This document shows, in pieces, positions 11,440 through 23,795 of a DNA stretch of 64,000 bases. The stretch is from Callorhinchus milii. Taxonomy: Eukaryota. Each line of letters opens with the position of its first letter. The stretch's first letter is position 1. The position numbers were made by a program, and so were the translations under genes. The DNA lies in NCBI RefSeq assembly GCF_018977255.1, contig NW_024704742.1, positions 60,204,001-60,268,000 on the forward strand, given 5' to 3'. The notes beneath the pieces were generated by a model. That model saw only the letters and a program-made list of their open reading frames with translations, was not told the DNA's origin and searched no databases.

Positions 11440-13596
11440 TGTATTTGTTGCCTTTGAATTGCATGTATCTACTATTCTCATTTTGTTTATTACCGTAAAC
11501 ATGATAAAAATGTACAGAACATGAATTAGAATTGAAGTAAGCTTGGTGGATACTGTTGGCTTTGGGAATACATAACTTCCTGAAGAATACTTGCAATTTC
11601 CAGTGATTTTCCTTACAAAATGCAAGCAATGCTCAACATTTTGAGAATTAAATCAAATTTGAGGTATTTCTCAAAGGAATTCCTTTGATAAGGATTTTGA
11701 GTCACGCAAATGAGAATTTCTTCTGGTTATCAGAAGTAAATCATCTTGAATTGTGGGAAGTTTGTTCCTAACTGACCTACTTCTCATGGGTCAATGGGAA
11801 TTCTAACAGGGTTCTGTGATGCGGAATCCTGATAAGAAATCACCAGAAATTAAACACCAAGGCTGCTGGCTTGATAGCTCATTGCAAGCACATGTGAGCA
11901 CGATTCAAATATCTCTTTGGGTTTTGAAAGCATTTTATAGTTTCCTTTTTTAACCACGTGTGTTTTGTGCTGAGTTGAAACAGGAACAAGAAATCATTGA
12001 ACATTAAGTCACCTGCAATGTTCTCTCAATGCACCATCTCCCACAAGTTTGTCTAAGTGCCTGCATTCTAATTCTGCAATATGAAAACTCACATGCATCT
12101 GCAAAAGAATCGAATCCTTCCGATCACCACAGTTGTTAAACAGTCTGTTACTTCATCCTTAAAACGGACAGTTTTCTCACATCCAAATGTCTCATAATGC
12201 AAAACATTGATTTTCATTTGTTTCAAAGGAGTGCCTTCTTCATAATAGCCCTCACAGCAAATAATTATGCCTTTGCACTTACCCCTTAGAGAGATGAGTC
12301 AATATTAAGTTTCAAGGCTTTTTCACCAAATATGTCAAATGTGCTTGACATTAAATAACCATCAACTAAAAATTAACGTTGGTAGATGTATAATGCATGA
12401 TTTGCTAGTTGGATATGTAGCATGCTAATAGGGGATATATTATTTTTAGTTACTGTAAACCATAATGTCAAGAGCTCTTTCTTCATGTGAACACTTGACA
12501 ATGTTTTAGAAGGTTAAAGGGCCACAGTCAGCATTGTATTGTGTACAAATAACAAACATATTCATCGAAGAGGATTAATGCTTTATCTCAACCTGCTCTG
12601 AAGTGTCTATGTGCATGGATGCACAATAAGCAAGCAGCCCTACAGCATTTATTTATTCTTGTCTGTTTGAAAGAAATATTGGTAAAATATTACCGTAGAA
12701 TGTTGAAGTGGCTCTCGATTGATGATGGATGATCTGTATTGTAGAACTCTGATGGTGAGTGAAACTGACATCTCCTGACACATCTTTCTCCTTCCTAAAG
12801 AGTGATAGTGCTATAATAATAGACTGGAAATGTCTTCACCGAAGGTGTTCTTCATTTTCCTGGATTGTGTACTTTAACAGTCAAAGTAGGGAGCAGCAAC
12901 AGAGCAAGTAGTGTTCCGGGAAACCTATGCCAGCATTTATGCCTTTGTCGTGGATATCAGTATATCCATAAAGGAATTATTAAATAAAGCTGGCCTGAAT
13001 CCAGACAGGCACTCCCTACCATTGGGCACAGTGAACCATATTTTAATTCATATTTGAGATTTTAAAAATTGCAGATGTTTAAAAATATTAACCAAAGCAC
13101 TGGAAATCCACATGATTTCAGTGGAAGATAGATTGATATTTCAGGATTGTCTTACATTGCTTACATTGGTTGTACTGTTATCTAGAAGGCTTTGATAGAT
13201 ATTCTGATGGATGCACTTGGGACCCTGCTTCCAGTTGTTGTTCCCTCACATGGTGAATGAAACTGATATCTCCTTTGCATGGCTTGCCACCTCTTCTCCA
13301 CAATGGTTGGTCTTGGTTTCATTCAGATACTTTCTGCATTAGGCTTTCCAGCTTACCTGACATTGACTTGAAACTCATCTTGCCAATAGTCTCCTGGCCA
13401 TTTGTTGACAAGCAATTTTCTTCTCTCTCTTCAATGTTATAATTTTTTCTGCAGCTGCTACATTTTGAACAATCCTCAGTAAGAAAGTAGATATGTTCTC
13501 AGATACTTTCTGAGCGCTCTCTGAAAATGTCACGAAGGTTATACACTGCTCCTCAAAACAGAATTCTCCTGGAGCAGTGTGGGAGGAAGGTGAATC
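11440..13596 (-). pseudogene. Decayed long reading frame(s), possible SEA-like repeat extracellular protein
   Basis: One frame from 13596 to ~12650 has 9 stops in ~315 codons and carries the paralogous motifs EISVSFTM and EMSVSLTI in frame. A second frame ~12140-11730 has QMHVSFHI and SYQASSLGV*FLVI; hydrophobic end KLTSILIHVLYIFIMFTVI. Domain call is by eye. Confidence 0.4.
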
Positions 13597-13959
13597 CTTT
13601 GGTAAAAAGTAGTAAAAATACTAAGAAATACTTGCATTTTGATGGCACCAGCAAAGTAAAAATAAATGTCAAATAAAAATAAACCAGCACTTTACAAAAT
13701 ATAACTTATTAAAAATGAATGGAATATAATATCGGCAAAATGCAACAGCTCATCTAGGTCAGTAGTGACTCCTAAACAGCAATGAGATAAGTAGTCAATT
13801 AATTTGATTTTGGGGGTAAATTTTGGTTTGGAAAGGGGTGGGTGGGGGGTGGGGGGAACAAAAAAGATCTTGTCTACTATCACAGGGTGTTCCTGGTACC
13901 TACTATCCACCTAATGAGAGCTGAAACCTGTGCTTGTTGGATGTCAAATGATGAATGAA

Positions 13960-14330
13960 TAACCTTCTTGGAATGTGCGTGCTCTCCCTAGAGGAATGCA
14001 TCTTCGTCACCAAATTCTAGAGTGTATTAAGCACAGGTTGGCAAGAGCCGAGGCTGTGAGACCCCAGAGTGTGTGTTGGGTTATTGCTGGTGTCTAACCA
14101 GCTAAAACCGCACAGCTTGCCATTCAGAGCACTGTCTGGCAAGCTTTCCTGCTGCTTGACCACTCTACCCAAAACGGCTTTGGATTTACAATTCCTGCCG
14201 ATCAGCAAGATTGACTGTGCTGTCATCAGCAGTGCCCTGGAGTACTGCGGACCTGTCTGACTTAGGAACTGGATTATCGAGACCACCACAGAGGGTGGGC
14301 TCAATTCTGACATTCCATTGCCAATCATGT
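13960..14330 (-). mobile_element. Family X retroposon internal fragment
   Basis: Collinear with 10960-11140 and 34610-34960; contains rev. GGTGGTCTCGATAATCCAGTTCCTAAGTCAGACAGGTCC. Confidence 0.7.
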
Positions 14331-14689
14331 CTCCCTGCGGGCCAGTTCAGCTACAAAGAGAACCCACTTCTCCCCCCAGATGATAGTGCTAGCAACATAT
14401 TGTCTCAGAAATAGCTAGATAAAATGGACATAACAAACATTGGATAGGAATAAAGAACATTTTTATTAAGGCTTAAGGAACATTTCTGTAACTTTTGCCT
14501 GCAGTTAATCAGTTTAAACAAGATATCTACGTTATTTTTCTTTAGTCAGATGAGTATCTGACATGTGTACAAACCCATCACTATGCTTAAGGGCATCCAA
14601 ACCAGACTGAGTGTTCCATACAATGTCACCACTACTTGCAAATTTAGTCAAATTTCTATAAATCTTGCCTGCACATAATAAGAATTTTT

Positions 14690-15070
14690 GCATTTAGTAT
14701 ACCACGTTTTGTGTCGGGAGGATGTCCCAGAGCACTCTGTAGTGGATTGTATATTTTTAAGCTAACTCAGGTGCCCAGTTGCACACAAGAATATTCCACA
14801 AACAGGACTGAAGCAAATGATCAATTTGATTTGGGAGATTGTTGGCCAGGACACCGGCAGAAACACTTTTCTCTTTTTGAATGGTGCTATGGGATCTTTA
14901 ACATTCAGCTGAACAGACAGACAGGACTTTGACTTAACATACCATCCAAAGAATACACCTCTGACAATGCACCACATCCCAGCACTGCATTGGAGTGTCA
15001 TCTTAGACTATATGAGTTGAAGTCCCAATGCAGAGCTTGCACCCACAACCTTCTAACTCAGAGCTAACCA
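14690..15070 (-). mobile_element. Deu-domain-like SINE
   Basis: Reverse-complement match to 7090-7425 and 62140-62485, with tail at the left and tRNA-like head at the right. Confidence 0.7.
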
Positions 15071-15937
15071 GTTTTTGAAAGGTATTTTGAACATGGCAGC
15101 ATTTGGAATGCCTGAAGGAAGAACCCATGCTCCAAAATTCAGTTGATAACCTCACTGAAGGGGCAGGATGTTAAGGACAAAAAGTGACCATATTTTCTGA
15201 CTTTGTGATAATTACCACCTAGGACTGTATCACATTATTATCCCTCTAAACTAACTTAACACATATTGTATTAATGTACGAAAATAATTTTTTTTGTGTG
15301 CATAGTCTACTCCTATCTGCATCAAAGTCTGACAAGTACACATTAAGTATTCTTTCATCAAAGGCAATCTATGTAAAAATTAAATTAGAGCTTCTTCCTG
15401 ATAACTCAGCAGGTAGCAGACGCTTTAGGCTATTTCTGACTTACAGTAAACTAATGAGGGCTTGGTTCAATCCCTGCTGGCCTTTACATCAGTTTATTTC
15501 TGCCGCACACAAAAAAAGCATCCATTCAGCAGCAGGTAAAACTTTTCTTTTACATTGTCCACATTTCTTTTCTGGAATGCTTTTTTTTGCTATTTTGTCA
15601 GCTCAAAATTGGAAAAATCTGGGAAACGGAATTAAGCCAAAATTAGATCGCGATGCAGAGAAAAATTCTGAAATATTTATGTAAAATCATAAAAACAAAT
15701 TTTAACAGAAAATGTTGTTTTAAGAATAATAAATAAAATATACTTGCATTTAATATCATATCATTGAGACGTATTAAAGCACTTCACAGAATATATTGTA
15801 AAGTGGATTGATTGTGTCCACTCTGTATTTGTGAACGAAAATAAGGAATGAAAAGAAAATCTTAAGAAATTAATTTGAAAATGATACAATGTAATACAAT
15901 ATACATATATATAATACAATATATGTATATATGTATC

Positions 15938-16566
15938 AGTACTGCAACTGCATTTATCTGCTGGGCCACCAGCATAAAATTGAAAGATTAATTTCACTTG
16001 GAGAGCCTTTGTTGATGTGAAAACCAGGACTTAGAGCTCAATTTTGCACTACTTTCAATATACATACATATCTGTATAGTGCGTTTCATGCCAGGAAGAT
16101 GTCTCAAAGCACTTGACACTGTTGGCTTGGGCACCAGTAGAAACCGAAGAGGATAGAGAGGCGAAGAATGACGGAAAGAATGGTCAAAGAAGTATATCAT
16201 GAGCCAGATCTTGAAAAGTCTGAAAAATAGTATGAAGCATTGAGTCAATGTTTTATTTAAATTTTAAAACATTGTAAATCAAACAAAGGATAGCTCATGG
16301 AAACAAATGAAGGAAGGCAAATTCCAAGAAATCAAAACAATGCGCCAGAAATGCATTAGATCTTTTTTGGGGGAGCTTCTATCTAGATTGAAAGATATTG
16401 TTTGAGTTCCTTTGAACTTGGGATCTCTCACAACTCACAATTAGTACCGCAACTGCATTTGTCTGCTGGGCCAACAGCATAAAGCTGAAGCATTAATTTC
16501 ACTTGGAGAGCCTTTGTTGATGTGAAAACCAGCATTTAGAGGTCAATTTTGCACTACTTTCAATAT
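15938..16566 (+). repeat. 124-bp direct repeat (15938-16061 and 16443-16566)
   Basis: 10 mismatches by manual count, no indels. Confidence 0.9.
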
Positions 16567-17780
16567 TCACATCAAATGTTTCCTGAATATGAGAGACCAG
16601 CTTAACTGGTCCAGTACATTTCACATGATCACTAGAGAGGTTTGTATGAAGAAAACCCTTTGGTCCATTTGATCTCGCCCTCCCACTACTTTCCCATTAA
16701 AGCATCAAACTGTTCTTACATGATTCCAATGTCCTTGGCCTCAATTATCCTTCCTGTTAACTCATTCTAACTGCTAATTATCCCCTATGTAAATACATTT
16801 TTTATTGTGTCTATCCTAAAATTGTCCTTCAAAACTTCATGCTATGACCTCTGAATCTTTTCTATCTATCAATTCAATACACTCTTCTTTATTTGTCTCT
16901 TCTATTTTGCCTTCAAGCTGAACTCCATCCTTTGCTTTTCTCATCTCCTCCTGAGCACCAATAGGCCTGAGTTCATTCTGATCCGTTGTGACAATCCTCC
17001 TTCAAATCCCAATTGTTGAATTCCAGTTTCTCAACCATGACTTTTCTATTCTCCTTCCTCTTAAACATTGAAAAGTAACAGTCGTAATCATTTGATGGGT
17101 TGAAAATGCGACTCATAAAAATTGTGACATGCAATGTGTCAATTATCTCTGCCCTCATACAGTCATTGGATCTGATGCTGTTTTAATATAGGCTCATGGA
17201 GTACGGAGCAGGGCTAGTGAGCAGCATATTGTATTCACTCAACATAATGAGCTAAACCAATATCTTGCCCAACAGTACTCTGAATGCAATACTCTGCAGA
17301 TAGATGATCAGTGCCAGTGGCTGCAGACCTAACCATTGTCACAGAGTCAGACATATTCACCCACTGAGCACACCCACTAATGATTACAATTCCCTTCTTG
17401 GTCTAGCTTTGTTTCTTTTCTAAGCACTTGAGAGCTTCCAGAATTTGACAAATAGATTTCCAATTTTTAAGCCATTTTTTCTGTAAATTCAAAAATAATC
17501 CACTTCAAAGTTTAGACTGTATTTAAGATATTAGATCTATTGTTCCAATTTCAATTACTGTTGATCTATTGTTTATAAATGGTGATAAATTAAGACCGCA
17601 CCTGTTACATATTTTCACCCCACACAAAATAAAGTTTTCTGATTATGTTATATTGATAAGAGGGGTACAAAAGTCACTTCTAAAAACAGGATCATATAAT
17701 CAACTGGCAACAGAAGTCTGACCAAGCCTCCCAACAAAAAATCTCCACAAACAGAAAACAAAGTCTCATATCTCAAATTG

Positions 17781-18115
17781 AATAATAATAATCCTTGCAT
17801 TTGATATAGCACCATATCTCGTCATTGAGATGTCTCAAAGTGGTTCACAGAATATCAAAGTGAATTAATTGACTGTGTATTTTGTGGGCAAAACACGGCA
17901 GCGAATTGTGCACAGCAATGTCCCACAAACAGCTGTGGTTGAGCAACCATTTTTTTTGAAAGGGTGAGGAATTATTAACCCTGGAAAGCAATCTGCCAAC
18001 TGACTAATAACCGGGTTCCTACTTCCTGCTAATTAATCAGAGGTATGTGGAGTAAGGAAACTTAGTTTCCCCTTGCCTGGGTCCTCTCGCTTGCAAAGAG
18101 AGCATGCAAACCACT
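17781..18115 (-). mobile_element. tRNA-Ala-headed SINE
   Basis: (AAT)n tail, stem-loop tail, body and partial head match the family. Confidence 0.8.
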
Positions 18116-18428
18116 GTCCAGAGGATCACTTCGCGTAGTGGTAAAAGAGCAACAAACATGCCATGAATTGGGTTAATGAAACACAAAAAACGTTCCTTCA
18201 AGTATAAATATCTCGGCCTTGAGAACCTAATCAAAAGCAAAACTGCAGGGTGTTTACTTGAACAGACCCATGAAATGACTACAAATATGTGAATCTGAAG
18301 TAAGCTGAGAAGATCAGAAACATGTCAAAATAATATTGGACAGGCTTTCTCGCAGGCACAGAATAAATGCTGGAAATTCACAGCAGGTTAGTAAAAAATA
18401 GGTTAATATTATAGAGTTGACCCTTCAT

Positions 18429-18918
18429 CAACAACAACAACAACAAGATTGCATTTATAGAGCGCCTTTCATGTCGGGAGGATGTCCCAAGGCGCTGGAC
18501 AGTTGGGTTGGGATCTGAGCCGGGGGGAAATAGTCAGGGTGAGGGGAGGGAAGCGAGGGAGCGAGGAGGGGGGAAATAGTCAGGGTGAGGGGAAGGAAGG
18601 GAGGGAGCGAGGAGGGGGTAGAGAGTCGCGAGGGGAGCTGAAGGCACGGTCAAAGAGAAAGGTCTTGAGATCGGCCTTGAAGGAGGAAAGGGAGGAGGCG
18701 GCGAAGGCACTGGGGAATGGAGTTCCAGAGCCTCAGGGCTGAGAGGCTGAAGGCCCGGCCACCGATGGTAGGGCGGTTAAGGTGGGGGATGTGGAGCAGA
18801 CCGGAGCCAGAGGAATGGAGGGTATGGGCAGGTAAGTAGGGGGATAGTAGGTCAGAGAGGTAGGAGGGAGCAAGGCCATGAATGGCCTTGTAGGTGAGGA
18901 TGAGGATCTTGAATTCGA
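18429..18918 (-). mobile_element. Young L2 LINE 3' end with a 46-bp internal tandem duplication
   Basis: Reverse strand encodes EFKILILTYKAIHGLAPSYLSDLLSPY...RAFSLSA...LKTFLFDRAF; (AAC)n tail; near-identical to 50993-51434. Confidence 0.9.
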
Positions 18919-19594
18919 GTTAGTCAGACTTTTTCTTTTAGTTGCTGAATGGCCTGTTGTGAATTTCTCAAATTTTCTGTTTTAAATTAAATTAAATCCA
19001 GAAATTATGGGTATTTTTATACTTTTGTCTCACTTGACCTCTCGACTCTGCCATCAGCACTGTACTTTCAACCGCTATGCCTGACCCTCTGGAACTCCCT
19101 GCCTTAATCCTTCTGCCTTGCCCCTCTTTGCCCATCTTCAGTTCACATCTGAAGACTTTCATCTTCAACTATGCCTACTGTCACCTCCCTTTTCTCCGTG
19201 ATTCAGCACCGAACTACACCATTGTTAAACAATTTGAGATGATATCCCGCGTGAATGGCGCTATATAAGATGCAATGTGTTGCTGATGTTTTGTCTGCCA
19301 GTTGACTGCTAAGAATGAAACAGAGCCACACAAAATGAATATAGAATCATAGGATTAGTCCAATTAGTCCATCGAGCTTGCTCCAGCAATTTTCAAAATC
19401 AAAGTAGATCTCTTAATCCCACTTTTCCACAATTATTTTAACATAGTATTCCAGTTTCTAATTAGGATGAAAGAGTGCCCTATTGTCTGGAACTAATAAC
19501 AGATGTGCTTTAGTGAAAGATTGTGGAACTCCAGTGATGGTTGAATCAGATACTATAGATGTATTCAAGGGAAAGACAGACCTTCACACAACCG

Positions 19595-20431
19595 GTAAAA
19601 TGGGCAGACATGTGGCGGATGAAGTTTAATGTGGAGCAATGCGAAGTGATGCATTTTAAGAAGAATGAGGAGAGGTAATATAAGCTAGAAGATACAATCT
19701 TAAAGGGGGTGAAGGAACAGAGAGACCTGGGGGTTCATATAAATAAATCTTTGAAGGTGGCAGGACAGCTAGGTAAAGCTGTTACAAAAGCATATGGGAT
19801 ACTAGATTTTATAAATAGGGGCATAGCATACAAAAGTCAGGAAGTTATGATAAACCTTTATAAAACACTGGTTAGCCCTCAGCTAGAGACTGTATTCAGT
19901 TCTAGGCTCAACACTTTAGGAAGGATGTCAAGGCATTGGAGAGGGTGCAACAGAGATTTAACAGGATGATACCAGGAATGAGGGACTTCAGTAATGAGAG
20001 GCTGGAGAAGCTAGGGTTATTCTCCTGGGAGCAGAAAAGTTTAAGTGGAGATTTAACAGAAGTTTTCAAAATTATGAGGGTATTTGATAGGGTGAACAAG
20101 GAGAAACTATTTCCACTGGCGGGTGGGTCAGTAACCCTAGGGCACCAATTTAAAATAGTTGTTAAAAGAAACAGGGGGGAGGTGAGAAGAAATCTTTTCA
20201 TACAGCGAGTTGTTCGGTTGTGGAATGCATTGCCTGAAAGGGTGGTGGAAGCTGAGTCGATAACAACTTTTAAAAAGAAGCAGATAATTATTTGGGGAGG
20301 ACAAGTTTACAGGGCTATGGAGAGAGAGCGGGGGAGTGGAATTGACTTGAATAGCTATTTTCAAATAGCCAGTAAAGACACGGTGGCCCGAATGGCCTCC
20401 TTCTGTGCTGTATAATTCTATGATTCTATGA
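19595..20431 (+). mobile_element. CR1 LINE 3' part (frameshifted ORF2 C-terminus and 3' UTR)
   Basis: ORFs 19709-19969 (RDLGV...YKTLV) and 19936-20415 (ERLEKLGLFS...RVVRLWNALP); TTCTATGATTCTATGA tail. Confidence 0.92.
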
Positions 20432-21540
20432 TAAGGACGTGGGAGTGAGTAAACAATGGGTGGAGACTCATGTGGAGTATAAAAACCAACATGGACTGGT
20501 TGGGATGAGAAGCCTCTTTCTGTGCTGTAAATTACTTTTATTCTTAAATCTTTACATTATTAATAATGTGATGTTATTACAAATAACAATTGAATAAGTA
20601 ATACTAATTAATTTAATAAAGTTGTTATTAAATGTAATCAAATTAAGTATATTAAAATATGTCCTTTTTATTTGCTTTTCCAATTTTCTTCTTGTCTGTG
20701 GTTCCTTTCTTCAGCTTTGTTCTTCCTTTCATTATTTCACTTTGATTCACTCTTCTCATCCTGTTATTTCTCCATCTATCAGGGTCACACTGATCAAGGA
20801 GAGTTTCTGTAACCATGTGCCCTTCCTGCTATGTTATGTCCTTGACACACATAGAATTACAGGGACAAATAACTGGATTTACGAGCACTTTCATCACACA
20901 AAACAGCATCAAAAATTTTGCAATGTCAACAGGTTTCATTATTTTATGACCCCACGCTTTAAAACGTAGCAGCCTTTACAATGTTAAGAACTATTAGATG
21001 CATGCTTCCCATTTATATCAGTTAAATACATGTTACGGTTCCATTAAATTATGATGGTTATTGAAGTTTTATAAGCCGAATCATACAGCACTGAGAAGAG
21101 CAAAATGCCCAAATTCCTCTTTGATAAAGGCAGTCATGAACAGGCTGTCTGAAATAACAACAACAACAACAACAAGACTACTTTTGTATAGAGCCTTTTA
21201 CGTCGGGAGGACTTCCCAAGGTGCTGAAATAACTCCAAGAAAATTGCAGGAGCACCAAATTAGGCCTCGTATGTTCAAGTGGACATTAAAGATCCTATAA
21301 TAATAATAGTAATCCGTGCATTTGATATAGTACCTTACCATGTCACTGAGATGTCTCAAGGCACTTCACAGTATATATTGTAAAGCTGATTGATGGTACA
21401 CTAATCAAAAAGAGGGAGTTTCTCTCCATGGCCTGTCCAACAATTCCCCACTTAGGGGACTTTAAGATCATGGTCTATGCTGACACTCCAGTTCAGTGCT
21501 TGGGGAGTACTGCATTGTTGAAGACGGTATCCTCAGTTGA

Positions 21541-22442
21541 CATTATTATGCTATTGTAATGGTGCTCCCAAAATCCTGAGATATGAAGAACAGAATCCCG
21601 GGATTTCGAGATTCTATTAAAAAAATATAAAACACAGCAGCTAAGTTGGTTTGAGTTTCTGCGTTGTTTTCTCTCTCTCTTTCTCTTTTGTCTCACCTCT
21701 CAGTAGCTTTTTCTATTTATATAATATTCATCTGTTTCATACAGGGGGAGGGGGGAGAAAGAATGTCAAATATAGAGAGTGAGAGAAAGAGCCCAGAAGA
21801 AAACAGTTTGGATTTAATTTCATGCTTTCTGTCGGTTTCTCTCCTGCATCTTACTAACTGTCTTTTTCTCACTCTGTTTCCCCCCTACCCTCCCCTGTAT
21901 GTGCCAAAGACCCTTGTGCAATTTCTCTGTGAATGTAAATCTATAGCTCTGTGTCTCTTGCCCCCTCTGTTTGTGTCACTAACTCTCTATCAGTCCTGTT
22001 TTATGTCCCTCAATTCTCTCTCTGTATATTTATATACATGTACATATACACTGGGCAAATGTGTCTCTCTTGATATCTGTATGTGCAACTGATGTTTTTC
22101 TGTCACTCTTTTTGTATGTATCATTTTCTCTCCTTGTCAATAAATCTGCCCATCACTAATTACCTGCTTGTCAGTTGCCTCCCTTCCCACAGTGCCGGCT
22201 GCTGGCTGTCTCGGTCAGTCCCTTGATGTCAAGCTGCTGTGTTGCTGAAGTAGGCGTGGAGAGAGGTGAGTAAGTGATTGGCTCGGGGAGAGGTTGCTGT
22301 GCATTGATAGCCCTCTTTGCCAAGTTCTCTGATGCTTTTCAAAGACAAGGTTTAGCAACTCTGGATCACGGGATCCCGGGATTTGTGGCATTAAAATCCC
22401 CAAATCCAAGGATTCGGAAAAGTGCAGGGATTGCAAACCCTA
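21541..22442. mobile_element. Probable non-autonomous DNA-transposon-like insertion splitting a Deu-like SINE
   Basis: SINE sequence stops at 21540 and resumes at ~22443; AGTTGA occurs at both junctions; ATCCCGGGATT repeats near both ends; right end GGGATTGCAAACCCTA; CT-rich interior. Confidence 0.45.
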
Positions 22443-23356
22443 GTTGAGATGTTAAACCAAGGCCCATCTACCTGTTTAGGTGGACATCAGTGATCCCACA
22501 ACACTATCCAACCACAACAATTTGCACTTATAATGTGTGTTTCACACAGAGGAATGTCTCAAAGCATTTTACGTAAAGAAAGTGGGAACCCAAGTGTGGG
22601 AGGTAGGTAGGAAGTGGTCAAAAGCGCAGTCAAAGGAGTGTGTTTTCAAAGCCGAGGCTGAAGGAGTGAGGGAGAAGGTTTTAAGAAGAGAGTTAAAGAG
22701 AGAAGGGCAAAGTGACTAAAAGCTCTATGAGAGATGTAGATCAGGCAGTGCAGTTCAGTTACAGCTCACCTGCAAATACAAGCTATCTATATTTCAGCAA
22801 ACTCTTTTTTGCAGCTCTAAATCATCTTTTCCTCCTTTTGAATATGCTGGTCAGTGTCAGAAACGTGCTGTATTATTCATTGCTCTCAATTTTCCCCACC
22901 CACTCCTAACTCACCACTTTAGTTACCCTCATTAACTTTAGCTCTGGTCCATTCTCTTTACGATATTTCTTCTCATCTGGAGAATATTGGATGAGCTCTT
23001 CTATAATTGACCTTTAGAAAGGCCATTTATAAGCTCAATTGACATTTTTTCTCTGTTTTCACAAAGCTGGCTCTTGAGAGGCTGGAATATTAAGAGGAAT
23101 ACTGAACAATTTGTTAGTGCAATCTCTTGACATTGCCTCCTGTCTACAAACATTTAGATTTTTGCTGAAATGAGTAAACAGAAACTTTGGTCTCGTCGGA
23201 ATAGAAGTTCCACCTGATTCTGGATTTACTCTGCAAACCTGACATTTCATAGTCTCCAAAATTTGGTAAATTGGTGAAATCAATGTTGGTTTTGAAGTCT
23301 GTTTCCCGCATTTCTTTAAAGAAATTTACAGAAAAAAATGGCTTCAAAATTTAAGC

Positions 23357-23795
23357 TTTTTTGGCCAGCTGGGTGTCTGACACATGCAGAAACCCATCAT
23401 CATGCTTAAGAGTATCCAAACCAAACTGCATCCTTCATGCATCCCATCTACTCATGGAAATTCAAGAGATAGATTGTTGGAATGGAATGCATACTCACTC
23501 CTTGGAAGCACACATCCTAGTTACCCAATTCCGGAAAGTATTAGGCACAGGGACTCCAAAGAGTGCATTGGGGTACTGCTGGTGTCTAACCAGTTAAAAC
23601 TCGTAGTTTAGCATTGAGAACACTGTCTGGCAAGCTTTCCTGCTGCTTGTCCAGCTCGGATTACGCCACTGATGAGGGCTCTGGGTTGCGGGGTTAACCG
23701 GAGAATCCCTATCTCCAGTGACAGGTCTGTCCTTCTAAGTCCTGCCGATGAGCCAGCCTGGCTGAGCTGTCATCAGCGGTACCCTAGAGTATATT
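23357..23795 (-). mobile_element. Family X retroposon copy
   Basis: T-tract plus GGCCAGCTGGGTGTCTGACACATGCAGAAACCCATCATCATGCTTAAGAGTATCC, collinear with other copies. Confidence 0.8.

Larger units (their letters stand above)
15270..18310 (-). pseudogene. Further decayed coding-like fragments (SEA-like and LDLa-like motifs) interrupted by repeats
   Basis: 18308-18240 SAYFRFTYL*SFHGSVQVNTLQF; ~17395-17285 Cys/CDNG-containing LDLa-like relic (needs frameshifts); ~17010-16975 WDLKEDCHNGS(E/DE); 15690-15270 frame with few stops. Confidence 0.3.

Noticed and set aside
13835..13856. G-quadruplex-like G-run
   Set aside because: Simple low-complexity tract with no contextual support
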